From: an uncultured Holophaga sp.
GTDB taxonomy: Bacteria > Acidobacteriota > Holophagae > Holophagales > Holophagaceae
DNA length: 64,000 nt
NCBI GenBank assembly: GCA_963664825.1
Contig: OY761614.1
Location: 800,001 to 864,000 of the forward strand
Direction of reading: 5' to 3'
Part shown: positions 30,272-39,292 of the stretch, piece by piece
Layout: the number at the start of each line of letters is the position of its first letter
Position numbering within the stretch: position 1 is the first letter of the stretch
The notes under the pieces: model-generated
What the model was told of the DNA's origin: nothing
Database searches by the model: none
Seen by the model: only the letters and a program-made list of their open reading frames with translations
Translations under genes and position numbers: made by a program

Positions 30272-31429
30272 TCATGGCGCGGGTGGCGGCGGTGCGCGGG
30301 AGGTGGGTGCCAGGGGGATCCGCCGAAGCTCGCCTCCGCATGCCGGACAGGTGCGGGCGATCCGCTCCCATTGCTCGAGCTTGGCCCTGGCCCTCTTGGG
30401 CCGACGATAGCTGCCAGCGAAGGCCTTGGCCCGCTCCAGCAGGCCACCTGGACGGACCGACCCGTACAAACCCGCGTGACGGATCTTATGGAAGCCCGGG
30501 GGGAGGACGTGCTGAATCAGTCGACGCAGGAATTCCACGGGGTGGATGGTGGCGGTCCGGCCGTGCTTGGTTCCGAACGTGACTTGCTCGCGGGTGGAGG
30601 CCTGGATGCGGGAGTTGGAGATGCCGACCCGGTGCGTATATCTTCCGAGGTATTCAACGACGTAGGCCGAGCGCCGGAATGGCTTCTTGGCGTAGACGAT
30701 CCAACTCTTCTTCGACAGCGGGGCCATGAGGGCGCCGTAGGCGCCATCCGTGAAGGCAGGGAAGGCGCCCCGAGCACGAAGGAGCCCAAGTTCATGGAGC
30801 ATCTTGGCCCGGAATACGACGCCCATCACGTCCAGCGGGAAAAGGTAGTCCTGCCGGGTATGTGTGAAACCGCTACCGTCCAGCGCCAGCCCCCCGGCCG
30901 TGACCAGCACATGCAGGTGGACATGGAACCCCAGTTCTCGGGTCCCCCCGACAACGCATGCGTTGTCGGAGATCTATGGTCACGTGTGCAGCACCATCGT
31001 CAGACCCAGGGTGGCCTTCAGGCGGGTGCGCCCCAATTCCAGGAGGGTGGCGGCCACGGCCCGAAAGAACGCTCCGTAGACCTCGACGGGGTGCCACGAG
31101 GCCAGGGGGCGCAGTTCCGAGGGGAGCGTGAACACGCCGTGGAAGTGGCCGAGGTCCAGGAGTCGTTCGGCACGGGCCGCGATCCAGCGTTCCTGGGCCA
31201 GGGCCTGACACTTCATGCAGTGCCGGTTTCGGCAGGAATTGTAGGCATTCCGCCGGAAGTCCCCATGCTCACAGACCTCCTCATGGCCACCGAGCTTGGC
31301 GGTGCGACATAGGCCGATGGCGGTGAGCATGCGCCGCTGCTCGCGACTCGGACAGGCCTGGGCCTCCAGTGCGGGGCGATGCTCACGAACAATGTCGGCA
31401 ATGTCGAACTTGGGCCTGGCGTAGGCCAC
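30272..31429 (-). pseudogene. IS91-family rolling-circle transposase interrupted by a 36-bp stop-containing insert
   Basis: Zn-binding CRT...YNSCRNRHCMKCQ, VFTLP, LHT(W)TRELGFHVHLH HUH region, YLGRY; both halves share one frame, with TGA and TAG created by the 30945-30980 insert. Confidence 0.88.
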
Positions 31430-31433
31430 GGCC

Positions 31434-32273
31434 TCAATCCGGCAGATCCTCCAGCGGACTGCGCACGGCCGCGATCTGGCTGGGAGCGACCTGGGTATAG
31501 ATCTGCGTGGACTTGATGCTGCCGTGGCCGAGCACTACCTGGATCTTGCGCAGGTCGGTGCCCGCCTCCAGCAGGTGGGTGGCAAAGGCGTGCCGGAGCA
31601 GATGCGGGTTCACGATCTTGCCGATGCCCGAGGCCGCCGAGGCGCACAGCAGGGCCCTCCGGGCGGTTTCCAGGCAGATGGGTTTGCCCGCCATGGACGT
31701 GAACAGCCAGGGCTTCGCCGGCTGCGCGTGCTTGTAGTAAGCCCGAAGCAGGCCGTAGAGCTTGGTGTCCATGGGCACCATCCGGTCCTTCCCGCCCTTG
31801 CCGTTGCGGACGTGGATCACCTTTTGCATGACGTCGATGTCCCGGGTCTCGAGCAGGCTGGCCTCCCGGATGCGCAAGCCCGTGGCGTAGATCAGGGTAA
31901 AGAACATGCGGTACTTGGCACTGGTAAAGCCGTCCAGGAGGCGGGCGATCTCTGCCTTGACCAGGATCGAGGGCAACGGCGCCTTGGCATGGGGGAGGGT
32001 GATCCAGGCCACCTTCTCCGGTTGCCCCAGGGTGCGAGCGTAGAGGAACTTCAGGGCCGCGTAGTGGAGCCCCAACCGGGAGGGCCCAATGGCCTGCTGC
32101 CGGAGGACGTCCACCCATCGCCGCACGGCCTCCTGGCTGGCCTCGCCAAGGTCATGGCCAAGGAATTCCTCAAACCGCCGCGCAGAGGCGACGTATTGCT
32201 GGATGGTCTTATGGGCGCGGTTCGCCATTTCCAGATCGCCCGAGAATCGGGACAGAGATACACTGACTGCCAT
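31434..32273 (-). CDS. Site-specific tyrosine recombinase/integrase
   Basis: TGLRIRE (R), GKGGKDR (K), HLLRH, LGH, TQIY catalytic residues; AAGGAGG RBS. Confidence 0.93.
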   Translation of the reverse strand: MAVSVSLSRFSGDLEMANRAHKTIQQYVASARRFEEFLGHDLGEASQEAVRRWVDVLRQQAIGPSRLGLHYAALKFLYARTLGQPEKVAWITLPHAKAPLPSILVKAEIARLLDGFTSAKYRMFFTLIYATGLRIREASLLETRDIDVMQKVIHVRNGKGGKDRMVPMDTKLYGLLRAYYKHAQPAKPWLFTSMAGKPICLETARRALLCASAASGIGKIVNPHLLRHAFATHLLEAGTDLRKIQVVLGHGSIKSTQIYTQVAPSQIAAVRSPLEDLPD

Positions 32274-32447
32274 TGCAGTTCCTCCTTGAATGTGGGGCAG
32301 GTGCTAGTAACACCGCCATATTCAAGGAGACTGCAAGCAGCCGATTCAGCAAGCTTTATCGGGCGACCGGGCTGGACGGGCGCGGTTCACCCCTGCCGCG
32401 CAAGCGGCTTCGTCCAATAGAGAACACTATGGAAGTGAAGGGGGCGG

Positions 32448-32837
32448 ATGAGGGATCTCCTCTTCAAGGACGAAGTCTTTGCGGCCATCGGAGCTGCTAT
32501 TGAGGTGCATCGGATTTTGGGGCCAGGATTCCTGGAATCTGTCTATGCGGAGGCGCTTGCCCTGGAACTCGGAAGACGCGAAATACCTTTTGAAAGGGAA
32601 GTCTCCCTCCGGATCTCCTACAAAGGGGAACTGCTCAGCAAGCGGTTCCTGGCCGACATGGTCATGGATGGAAAGCTGGTAGTGGAACTCAAGGCCATCG
32701 AAAAGATCGGCCCGGTCGAGCGGGCCCAGATCGTAAACTATCTGAAGGCGGCAGGATTGAAGGTCGGCCTGCTCATCAATTTTGGTTCCCATCCCAAGCT
32801 TGAATGGGAGCGGATCGTTCATCAGGCACCGGATTGA
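32448..32837 (+). CDS. GxxExxY protein (PD-(D/E)XK nuclease-like)
   Basis: VHRILGPGFLESVY, ADMVM...VVELKA, QIVNYLKA, GLLINFG. Confidence 0.92.
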   Translation: MRDLLFKDEVFAAIGAAIEVHRILGPGFLESVYAEALALELGRREIPFEREVSLRISYKGELLSKRFLADMVMDGKLVVELKAIEKIGPVERAQIVNYLKAAGLKVGLLINFGSHPKLEWERIVHQAPD

Positions 32838-32850
32838 GTGAAAAGAAGAA

Positions 32851-32971
32851 CGCGAAGAGCGCTGAGGAAGCGAAGGACGCGAATGGGAATGCCTTGCCTG
32901 ATTTCATTTCTTCGCGCTCTTGGCCCCCTTCGCGGTCTTCGCGTTCTATCCTTTCCTGATGTCGAGAATCC
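32851..32971 (+). repeat. Direct repeat copy 2
   Basis: CGCGAAGAGC...CTTCGCGTTCTATCCTTTCCTGATGTCGAGAA, matching 29810-29930. Confidence 0.9.
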
Positions 32972-33078
32972 AGATCCTCTCTGATAACGTCGCGACCATG
33001 TGGGTCACGCAGCACGCTCCAGTGGAGCGCGCGGAGTGGGGCCCCACAGGGAGCGAATCACGGACGGGAAGGAACTGA
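32959..33078 (+). other. 39-codon uORF resembling the MutL N-terminus
   Basis: MSRIQILSDNVAT... vs MutL MPRIRILPDNVAN; stop TGA 33076-33078, 1 nt before the mutL ATG. Confidence 0.6.
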
Positions 33079-33079
33079 G

Positions 33080-34861
33080 ATGCCACGTATCCGTATACTC
33101 CCCGACAATGTCGCCAACCAGATCGCGGCGGGCGAAGTCGTGGAGCGGCCGGCCTCTGTGCTCAAGGAACTGGTGGAGAACGCTCTCGACGCTGGCGCCA
33201 CGGCCCTGGAGATCCGCTGGGAGGAGGGCGGCAAGCGCCTGCTGGAAGTCTCCGATGACGGCAGCGGCATGGGGCGGGACGATCTCTACTTGGCCCTGGA
33301 ACGCCACGCCACCAGCAAGGTCCGCACGGCCGACGACCTGGGCCACCTGGAGAGTTTCGGGTTCCGGGGGGAGGCCCTGCCCTCCATCGCCTCCGTGGCG
33401 CGCTTCGAACTCCACAGCGCCGAGCGGGATGGGGAAGGCCATCGCCTGCGGAGCGAATTCGGCGTCATCAAGGAGGTGGCCCCGGCGCCCCGCTCCCACG
33501 GCACCACCGTCACGGTGCGGGATCTCTTCGCCCAGCTCCCGGCCCGCAAGCGCTTCCTGAAATCCACGGACACCGAGCACGCCCATCTCTGGGGCGTCGT
33601 GACTCGCATGGCCCTTTCGACACCCGGTGTCCGCTGGACCCTCCGCACGGATCGCAGCAGCGATCTCGTAATGCCCCCGGTGACGGATCCCGGGGCCCGC
33701 CTGGCGCCCCTCTTGGGAGATAAATTCGGAAGCCTCGTGCCCTTCCAGGAGGGCCAAGCGCCCTGGCAGATCCGCGGTTACATCTCGGGACCCGAACTCT
33801 CCTTCCGGGACCGCAATCATCTTTATCTCTTCGTGAATGGCCGCTCCGTGCGGGATCGCCTGCTGCTGGCGGCCCTCTCGGCGGCCTGGCAGGGCTACTT
33901 TCCCAAGGGCGCCTACCCTGCGGCCGTGCTCTTCCTGGAGCTTCCCGCCGACGCGGTGGACGTGAACGTGCACCCCACCAAGGCCGAAGTGCGCTTCCGG
34001 GATCCCCAGCGCATCTTCCCCTGGGTGAGCCGCGCCGTGCGGGAGGCCTGGGCCCAGCTCCGGGGGGATCTCCCTTCGGTATTGGACCTGCCCCCCAAGC
34101 CCCTGGAGGCCGAATTCGATACGGCCCTCAAGCCCGTCACCGCCCAGCAGCCCCATCTCTGGACGGAGCCTGCTGGCGAGGCTTTTCACGTCCTGGAACA
34201 GGCCTTCGAGAAGCGCCTGGACACGGCCTACGCTGCGCGCCCCCAGGAAAGCAGAGCCGCCGAAGCGGAGAGAGGAACGCCGGACGTGGCTTACCTCGGC
34301 GCCTTCGATGCCACCTACCTGATCGCCGAAGTCCAGGGAGCCCTGGAACCCGAACTCTGGATCATCGATCAGCATGTGGCCCACGAGCGCATCCTCTTCG
34401 AAAGGCTCTTCCTGCGTGGCCACTCTCCCGCCATCCAGCCCCTGCTGCCCCCCCAGGTGGTGCACCTGGGCCCGGCAGCCCTTTCCCGCCTAGCCCCCTT
34501 CCTGGAGGAACTCAACCGAATCGGCGTGGAGTGCGAGGGCTTCGGCGAGGATGCCCTCGTGATCCGCGGCCTGCCGGATTTCCTCATCGATCGCGACCCC
34601 CAGGGCCTCCTGGAAGATCTGCTGGCGCGGCTAGAACAAGAGGGCCGGGTGGATCTCGATCTGTTTCGCCGAGAACTCAACGGCGAACTCGCTTGCCGCG
34701 CCGCCATCAAGAAGCATCACCGCCTGAGCCCGGAACTGGCCCTGGGCCTCATCCAGGACCTGATGGCCTGCCAGGTCCCCCACACCTGCCCCCATGGACG
34801 ACCCGTCATCAAGAAGCTGACCCGGGGGGAACTGGAGCGGAGCTTCGGACGGAGAGTGTAG
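33080..34861 (+). CDS. mutL: DNA mismatch repair endonuclease MutL
   Basis: IAAGEVVERPASVLKELVENALDAG, RHATSK, GFRGEAL, DVNVHPTK, DQHVAHERILFE, CPHGRP. Confidence 0.98.
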   Translation: MPRIRILPDNVANQIAAGEVVERPASVLKELVENALDAGATALEIRWEEGGKRLLEVSDDGSGMGRDDLYLALERHATSKVRTADDLGHLESFGFRGEALPSIASVARFELHSAERDGEGHRLRSEFGVIKEVAPAPRSHGTTVTVRDLFAQLPARKRFLKSTDTEHAHLWGVVTRMALSTPGVRWTLRTDRSSDLVMPPVTDPGARLAPLLGDKFGSLVPFQEGQAPWQIRGYISGPELSFRDRNHLYLFVNGRSVRDRLLLAALSAAWQGYFPKGAYPAAVLFLELPADAVDVNVHPTKAEVRFRDPQRIFPWVSRAVREAWAQLRGDLPSVLDLPPKPLEAEFDTALKPVTAQQPHLWTEPAGEAFHVLEQAFEKRLDTAYAARPQESRAAEAERGTPDVAYLGAFDATYLIAEVQGALEPELWIIDQHVAHERILFERLFLRGHSPAIQPLLPPQVVHLGPAALSRLAPFLEELNRIGVECEGFGEDALVIRGLPDFLIDRDPQGLLEDLLARLEQEGRVDLDLFRRELNGELACRAAIKKHHRLSPELALGLIQDLMACQVPHTCPHGRPVIKKLTRGELERSFGRRV

Positions 34862-34918
34862 GAACAGAGCCACGCGTTTCCCCCTGCTTTTCTCCGTGAG
34901 CTTCCGTGGTGAATCCGC

Positions 34919-37900
34919 TTAAAGCGCCTCGGGACCTCCTTCCCATTTCTCCCGTTCGGAAACCAGATCCAGTCCCATGCGCTTGGCGGCCACGTAGAGG
35001 GCCGGGCGGGTGATCCCCAGGCTGAGAGCGGCTTCGCTGACCTGGAAGCGGTGCTGGCGGAGGGTGTCCAGCAGGAACTGGCGCTGGAATTCCCGTGTGG
35101 CCTGTTCCCAGGTGCGGTTGCGGAGGATGGGCGCCTGGAGTTCGGGGAAATGCTCGGGTTTCAGGGGGCCGGATCCGCAGCGGAGGAGGGCGCGCTCCAG
35201 GGCGTGGCGCAGCTCCCGGAAATTGCCGGGCCAGGGCAGACGGCTGAGGGCCTGGGCCAGGCCCGGCGCAACTTCGGGAAAGGGCGCCTTGGCCTCCTGG
35301 GTGATCTGGGCGATGAGCCTCGGGATGAGATACGGGAATTCGTGGCGGCGCTGCCCCAGGGAAGGCAGCCGCAGGGTGGAGCCCTGGAGGCGGTACAGGA
35401 GATCCCGGCGAAAGGCGCCGGAGGCCGCCAGTTCTTCCAGAGAGCGATGGGTGGCCGCCAGAAAGCGCACATCCACATGGATGGCCCGATCCGAACCCAC
35501 GCGCCGCACCTCGCGCTCCTGCAATACCCGCAGGAAGAGGCTCTGGAGCCTCGGCGAAAGATCGGCCACCTCATCGAGGAAGAGGGTGCCCTTATCGGCG
35601 CTCTCGATGGCTCCCCGGCGCTCGTGATCAGCGCCCGTGAAGGCCCCCTTCACGTGTCCGAAGAGTTCGGATTCCAGGAGGCTCTCGGCCAGGGCCGAAC
35701 AGTTCACGGGCACCAGCTGACCCGGGCGGCCGGAAAGCCGGTGGATCTCCCGGGCCGCGAGTTCCTTGCCGCTGCCGGTGGGACCCAGGATGAGCAGGGA
35801 GAGTTCCGAAGGGGCCACCCGATTCAGCTCCCGGAGCAGGCTGGCCATCGGTTCCGAACCATCGGCCAGGAGGGCGCCCCCCTCCAGGGGTGGCGCGGCT
35901 TGCGGCGCAGGATGGACCAGGGCCAACCAGGGCGCCAATCGCCTCAGATCCGCGCAGGGGTCCGGGGGAGCCTCCGGATCCAGGGCCGCCAGGGCGTGCC
36001 CCACCACGCCGCCCTCCCAGACCAGGGGAAACCCCCACCAGAGCCTGCCCTGGGCCTCGAAGGGAGGCAGGGATCCCTGGCGATGGAGATGGCTCAGGGC
36101 CCCTTCCGGGGCCATAGCACCGGAACCCAGCAGCCTGGGCCTTTCGGGGGGGCCCCAGACCAGCCACGTGGGGAACGGGCGCCGGGCCAGGGCCTCCTCC
36201 AAGAGGCCGATCGGATCCTCGGGCTCCTGGGATGAGACCTCGGGCCAGAGGGCGCGCAGGCGCTCCTGATGGCGGGGGGATTCCATGCGGTCGACCAGCA
36301 CCTGCAGCTCCAGCAGGCGGGCCGCGGAACGCTGGGAGGGGAGCTCTTCCAGGAGGGAGAGGCCGGAATCCAGCCGCAGGGGCTGATTGGGACACTCCTT
36401 CCAGAGGTCCCAGAAGGCCTCGCACTCGCTGGAGGCCCCCAGGGCCCGGTGGTAGCGCCAGATCAGGGCCTGCTCCGGGACCAGTCCTGAGGGCGGGGCC
36501 GTGGGAAAGCCCTCCAGGTAGGCCTCGAAGAGCCTCCGGGCCCCGTCATCGGCGAGGTGGGGGAGCGCTTCCTGCACCCAATCCCGCCTCCCGAGATCCA
36601 GGCCGCGCTGGGCCAGGATGTACCAGGGATGGCCCAGCTGGGGGTACTCCGAGATCAGCTTCCGCAGCAGGGGGAGGGCCTGGGGCCATTCGTCCCGGAC
36701 GGCCAGCAGCGTGAGTTCCTCCAGCTCCCGGTGGGGCGAGGGTTGGGGGCCCCGGAGGGCCCTCCACCGAGCCAGGCCCGGGAGATCCCCCCAGAAGAGG
36801 GCCGCCTGCGCGGCGTTGGCCGCCGCCCGTTCGGCCCAGAAGGAGCTGCCCAGGCGCAGGAAATGGGCATGGGCCCAGGTGAAGGCCCTCAGGGCCCGCT
36901 CGATCCCTTGAGCCCGGTAGGCGAGGATGCCCTCGGCCATCCAGTGGAAGGGGTCTGCACAGGGATGAGCGCTCGCGCCCCAGGCGGGATAGCCGGGAGC
37001 CTGGGGAGCCGGGGCGCTGCCCGGCCAACGCATGCGCAGCCTGTCGAGGGCGGGGTCCCCGCAGGGTTCCGGTGCCTGGGCCACGGCCTCCCCGGCCAGA
37101 TCCCCTTGGACAGGAGCTGTCCAGCCCCCGGGCAGGGAGCCATCCGGTGGCTGGGTTCCCGCCAGGATCTCCACCCCGGGACTCCCAGGGAGGTCTCCCA
37201 GGGCCAGGGAGGGCGGGAGGAGTGCCTCCAGGGCCGCCGAGCAGGCGCCGAGGCCCCGGCCCCAGGCCCGCAATAGGGGCGCCACCGCAAAACCCAGGCC
37301 CGGCACCCCGTGGAGCCACTTCGTGCCCTGAAGGCTCAGGAGCGCCGGAGGGAGTTCCGGGAGCACCAGGGGCAGGAAGGGGGTTGGACCCTGAGCCAGG
37401 AGTTCGGTCCAGGGCAATGCCCCGGGGGGCGTTCCCGTCGGCAGGAGGCGGCCCTCCGCGTCCATGGAGCCCAGGAGCGTCTCCCACCAACCTGGGGGGA
37501 GCCCGCGCAGGGGGGCCGGGACGAGGGGCTCGAGGAAGGGCGGCAGGCAAAGGGTTCCATCCTCCTCCACCGCTCCCAGCAGGGCCACCCAGCGCTCCCG
37601 AGTCGGCCGGTCCAATAGCACGGTCCCCAGGCTCATCCAGGGGCTCCCGTCCCCCTCCAGCAGGGCCTGCCAGCACCAGGCCCGGAGTTCGTCCTCCCGC
37701 TTCCCCCGCCGCTCGGCGGGAATGGCCGCGCTCCCATGGCGGAGCAGGGAGACCCAGGCGGGATCGGGGCGGGCCGTCCAGGCCCCGGTCAGTTCCTCCA
37801 CCCAGGGGCCCCTCCCCTTCCCGGCCCTCCACGAGGCCCTGGGCCAGCGCCCTTCCCTGCCCCCCAGCATCCAGCCCTGGGCGATGGCGGCCAGGGCCCA

Positions 37901-37984
37901 GGGCGCGTCCCCCCAACGGCGGCCCCGCCCCAGTTCCCAAGGGGCCTCCCAGGCACCCAGCCAGGGGGCCCGCAGGCCGTTCAT
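34919..37984 (-). CDS. Sigma-54-dependent activator (AAA+ and Fis HTH) with long uncharacterised N-terminus
   Basis: GPTGSGKE, ESELFGHVKGAFTGA, LFLDEV, FRRDLLYRL, WPGNFREL, C-terminal HTH; ATG overlaps aroA stop. Confidence 0.85.
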   Translation of the reverse strand: MNGLRAPWLGAWEAPWELGRGRRWGDAPWALAAIAQGWMLGGREGRWPRASWRAGKGRGPWVEELTGAWTARPDPAWVSLLRHGSAAIPAERRGKREDELRAWCWQALLEGDGSPWMSLGTVLLDRPTRERWVALLGAVEEDGTLCLPPFLEPLVPAPLRGLPPGWWETLLGSMDAEGRLLPTGTPPGALPWTELLAQGPTPFLPLVLPELPPALLSLQGTKWLHGVPGLGFAVAPLLRAWGRGLGACSAALEALLPPSLALGDLPGSPGVEILAGTQPPDGSLPGGWTAPVQGDLAGEAVAQAPEPCGDPALDRLRMRWPGSAPAPQAPGYPAWGASAHPCADPFHWMAEGILAYRAQGIERALRAFTWAHAHFLRLGSSFWAERAAANAAQAALFWGDLPGLARWRALRGPQPSPHRELEELTLLAVRDEWPQALPLLRKLISEYPQLGHPWYILAQRGLDLGRRDWVQEALPHLADDGARRLFEAYLEGFPTAPPSGLVPEQALIWRYHRALGASSECEAFWDLWKECPNQPLRLDSGLSLLEELPSQRSAARLLELQVLVDRMESPRHQERLRALWPEVSSQEPEDPIGLLEEALARRPFPTWLVWGPPERPRLLGSGAMAPEGALSHLHRQGSLPPFEAQGRLWWGFPLVWEGGVVGHALAALDPEAPPDPCADLRRLAPWLALVHPAPQAAPPLEGGALLADGSEPMASLLRELNRVAPSELSLLILGPTGSGKELAAREIHRLSGRPGQLVPVNCSALAESLLESELFGHVKGAFTGADHERRGAIESADKGTLFLDEVADLSPRLQSLFLRVLQEREVRRVGSDRAIHVDVRFLAATHRSLEELAASGAFRRDLLYRLQGSTLRLPSLGQRRHEFPYLIPRLIAQITQEAKAPFPEVAPGLAQALSRLPWPGNFRELRHALERALLRCGSGPLKPEHFPELQAPILRNRTWEQATREFQRQFLLDTLRQHRFQVSEAALSLGITRPALYVAAKRMGLDLVSEREKWEGGPEAL

Positions 37985-39234
37985 CCCCCCGCCAGCATGG
38001 AACACCAAGCCTCCCAGAATCCGGGGAAGGTCTTGGCCACGCAATCCGGGTCCTTCAGGTCGCCCCCGCAGACCAGGGCGCCCACGGCCGCGGCGAAGGC
38101 CATGCGGTGATCCCCCCTGGGATCAAAGGCCGGGCGGGACCCGGGCCCAGGACCTGGCTGGATCCGCAGGGCCGCGCCCCCCTGGATTTCCGCCCGGCCT
38201 CCCAGCCACCGCACCAGTGCAACACTGGCCTCAAGACGGTCGCATTCCTTGAAAGGCAGGGTGTGGAGCCCCGTGAGCAGGGATTCCCCCGGAGCCAGGG
38301 CGGCCGTGGCCGCAAGCACGGGAGCCAGATCCGGACAGTCCCTGAGATCGGCCTGAAGGCCGTGCCGGAGGGGCCCGGAGAAATGGAGCGTCGCCCCCTT
38401 CCAGAGGCAGGAGCATCCGGCCCCGGCGAGGATTTCCAGGATCCGGCAATCCCCCTGGGGGTCCATGGGATCCAGGGATTCCAGATCGATGGGACGGCCC
38501 GTGACGGCCGCGGCGCAGAGAAAGGCGGCCGCGCCGCTCCAATCCCCGGGCAGGTTCACATCCTGAGGCCGCAGGCGCCCCCCCGGGATCTCCAGGGAGG
38601 AGCTTCCGAGCCTCCCGACGCATCCGAAGCGCCCCAGCCAGTGGAGGCTCAGTTCCAGATAGCTCCGGGAGGCGGCCTCCCCCGCCCAGCGGATGCACCC
38701 CCCCTGGGGCAGGCCCGCCGCAGCCAGGGCCATTCCCGTCACGAACTGGCTGCTGAGTGTGGCGTCGAGCGAAACCTCCAGGCGTTGGGGTGGCAGGGGG
38801 ACCGGATGTAGGGTTCCTCCCCGGGGACCCTTCTCCCAACGAGCGCCCATGCCTTCGAGGGAGCTCAGGAGGGGTTCCAGGGGCCTTTCGAAGAGGCGGG
38901 GTTCCCCGGCAAGGCTCACGGGCCCATCGGCCTGAAGGGCGAGCCAGGGTAGGAGGAAGCGCAGCGTGCCCCCGGAGGCCCCCAGCCAGAGGGGTTCCAG
39001 GGCGCGGGGAGGGGTGCCGCCGCGGATCTCCCAACCCGCCTCCGATCGGGAGATGGACACACCCAGGCCTCGCAGGGCCTCCTGCATCCAGCCCACGTCC
39101 TCGGCCTCCAGGTCTCCCTGAAGGCGCGAAAGCCCCCGGCACTGCGCGGCTAGCAGCAGCGCCCTGAGGGCGACGGACTTGGAACTCGGGACCGAGGATG
39201 GCCCCAGGGCCTTCCCGGGCGGGAGGGAATCCAT
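37981..39234 (-). CDS. aroA: 3-phosphoshikimate 1-carboxyvinyltransferase (EPSP synthase)
   Basis: SKS...R, GASGGTLRF, RPL, SSQF, DCPDL, KECDRL, DHRMA, KTFPGFW; start could be 39252. Confidence 0.92.
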   Translation of the reverse strand: MDSLPPGKALGPSSVPSSKSVALRALLLAAQCRGLSRLQGDLEAEDVGWMQEALRGLGVSISRSEAGWEIRGGTPPRALEPLWLGASGGTLRFLLPWLALQADGPVSLAGEPRLFERPLEPLLSSLEGMGARWEKGPRGGTLHPVPLPPQRLEVSLDATLSSQFVTGMALAAAGLPQGGCIRWAGEAASRSYLELSLHWLGRFGCVGRLGSSSLEIPGGRLRPQDVNLPGDWSGAAAFLCAAAVTGRPIDLESLDPMDPQGDCRILEILAGAGCSCLWKGATLHFSGPLRHGLQADLRDCPDLAPVLAATAALAPGESLLTGLHTLPFKECDRLEASVALVRWLGGRAEIQGGAALRIQPGPGPGSRPAFDPRGDHRMAFAAAVGALVCGGDLKDPDCVAKTFPGFWEAWCSMLAGG

Positions 39235-39292
39235 GGGAAGCGGAAGGATCATGCCCTCAAGGTGGGGGAAAGCGTTCCCCGGGGCAAGGGGA

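Larger units (their letters stand above)
29964..32420 (-). mobile_element. Tyrosine recombinase + IS91-like (Y2/HUH) transposase element
   Basis: Two co-oriented genes; subterminal inverted motifs TTGGAC(G)AAGCC...GCGGCAGGGG at 30042-30066 and 32390-32417; terminal hairpin 29972-30037; AATAG at both putative ends; ends approximate. Confidence 0.75.

Noticed and set aside
30945..30982. Selenocysteine or stop read-through at the transposase UGA followed by a hairpin
   Set aside because: A second in-frame stop (UAG) follows two codons later, the ancestral residue is Trp, and removing 36 bp restores the conserved motif, so an insertion explains it better
31434..32273. Integron integrase with attC cassettes
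   Set aside because: At 279 aa it lacks the IntI-specific insertion and is coupled to an IS91-like transposase; nearby hairpins lack RYYYAAC/GTTRRRY ends
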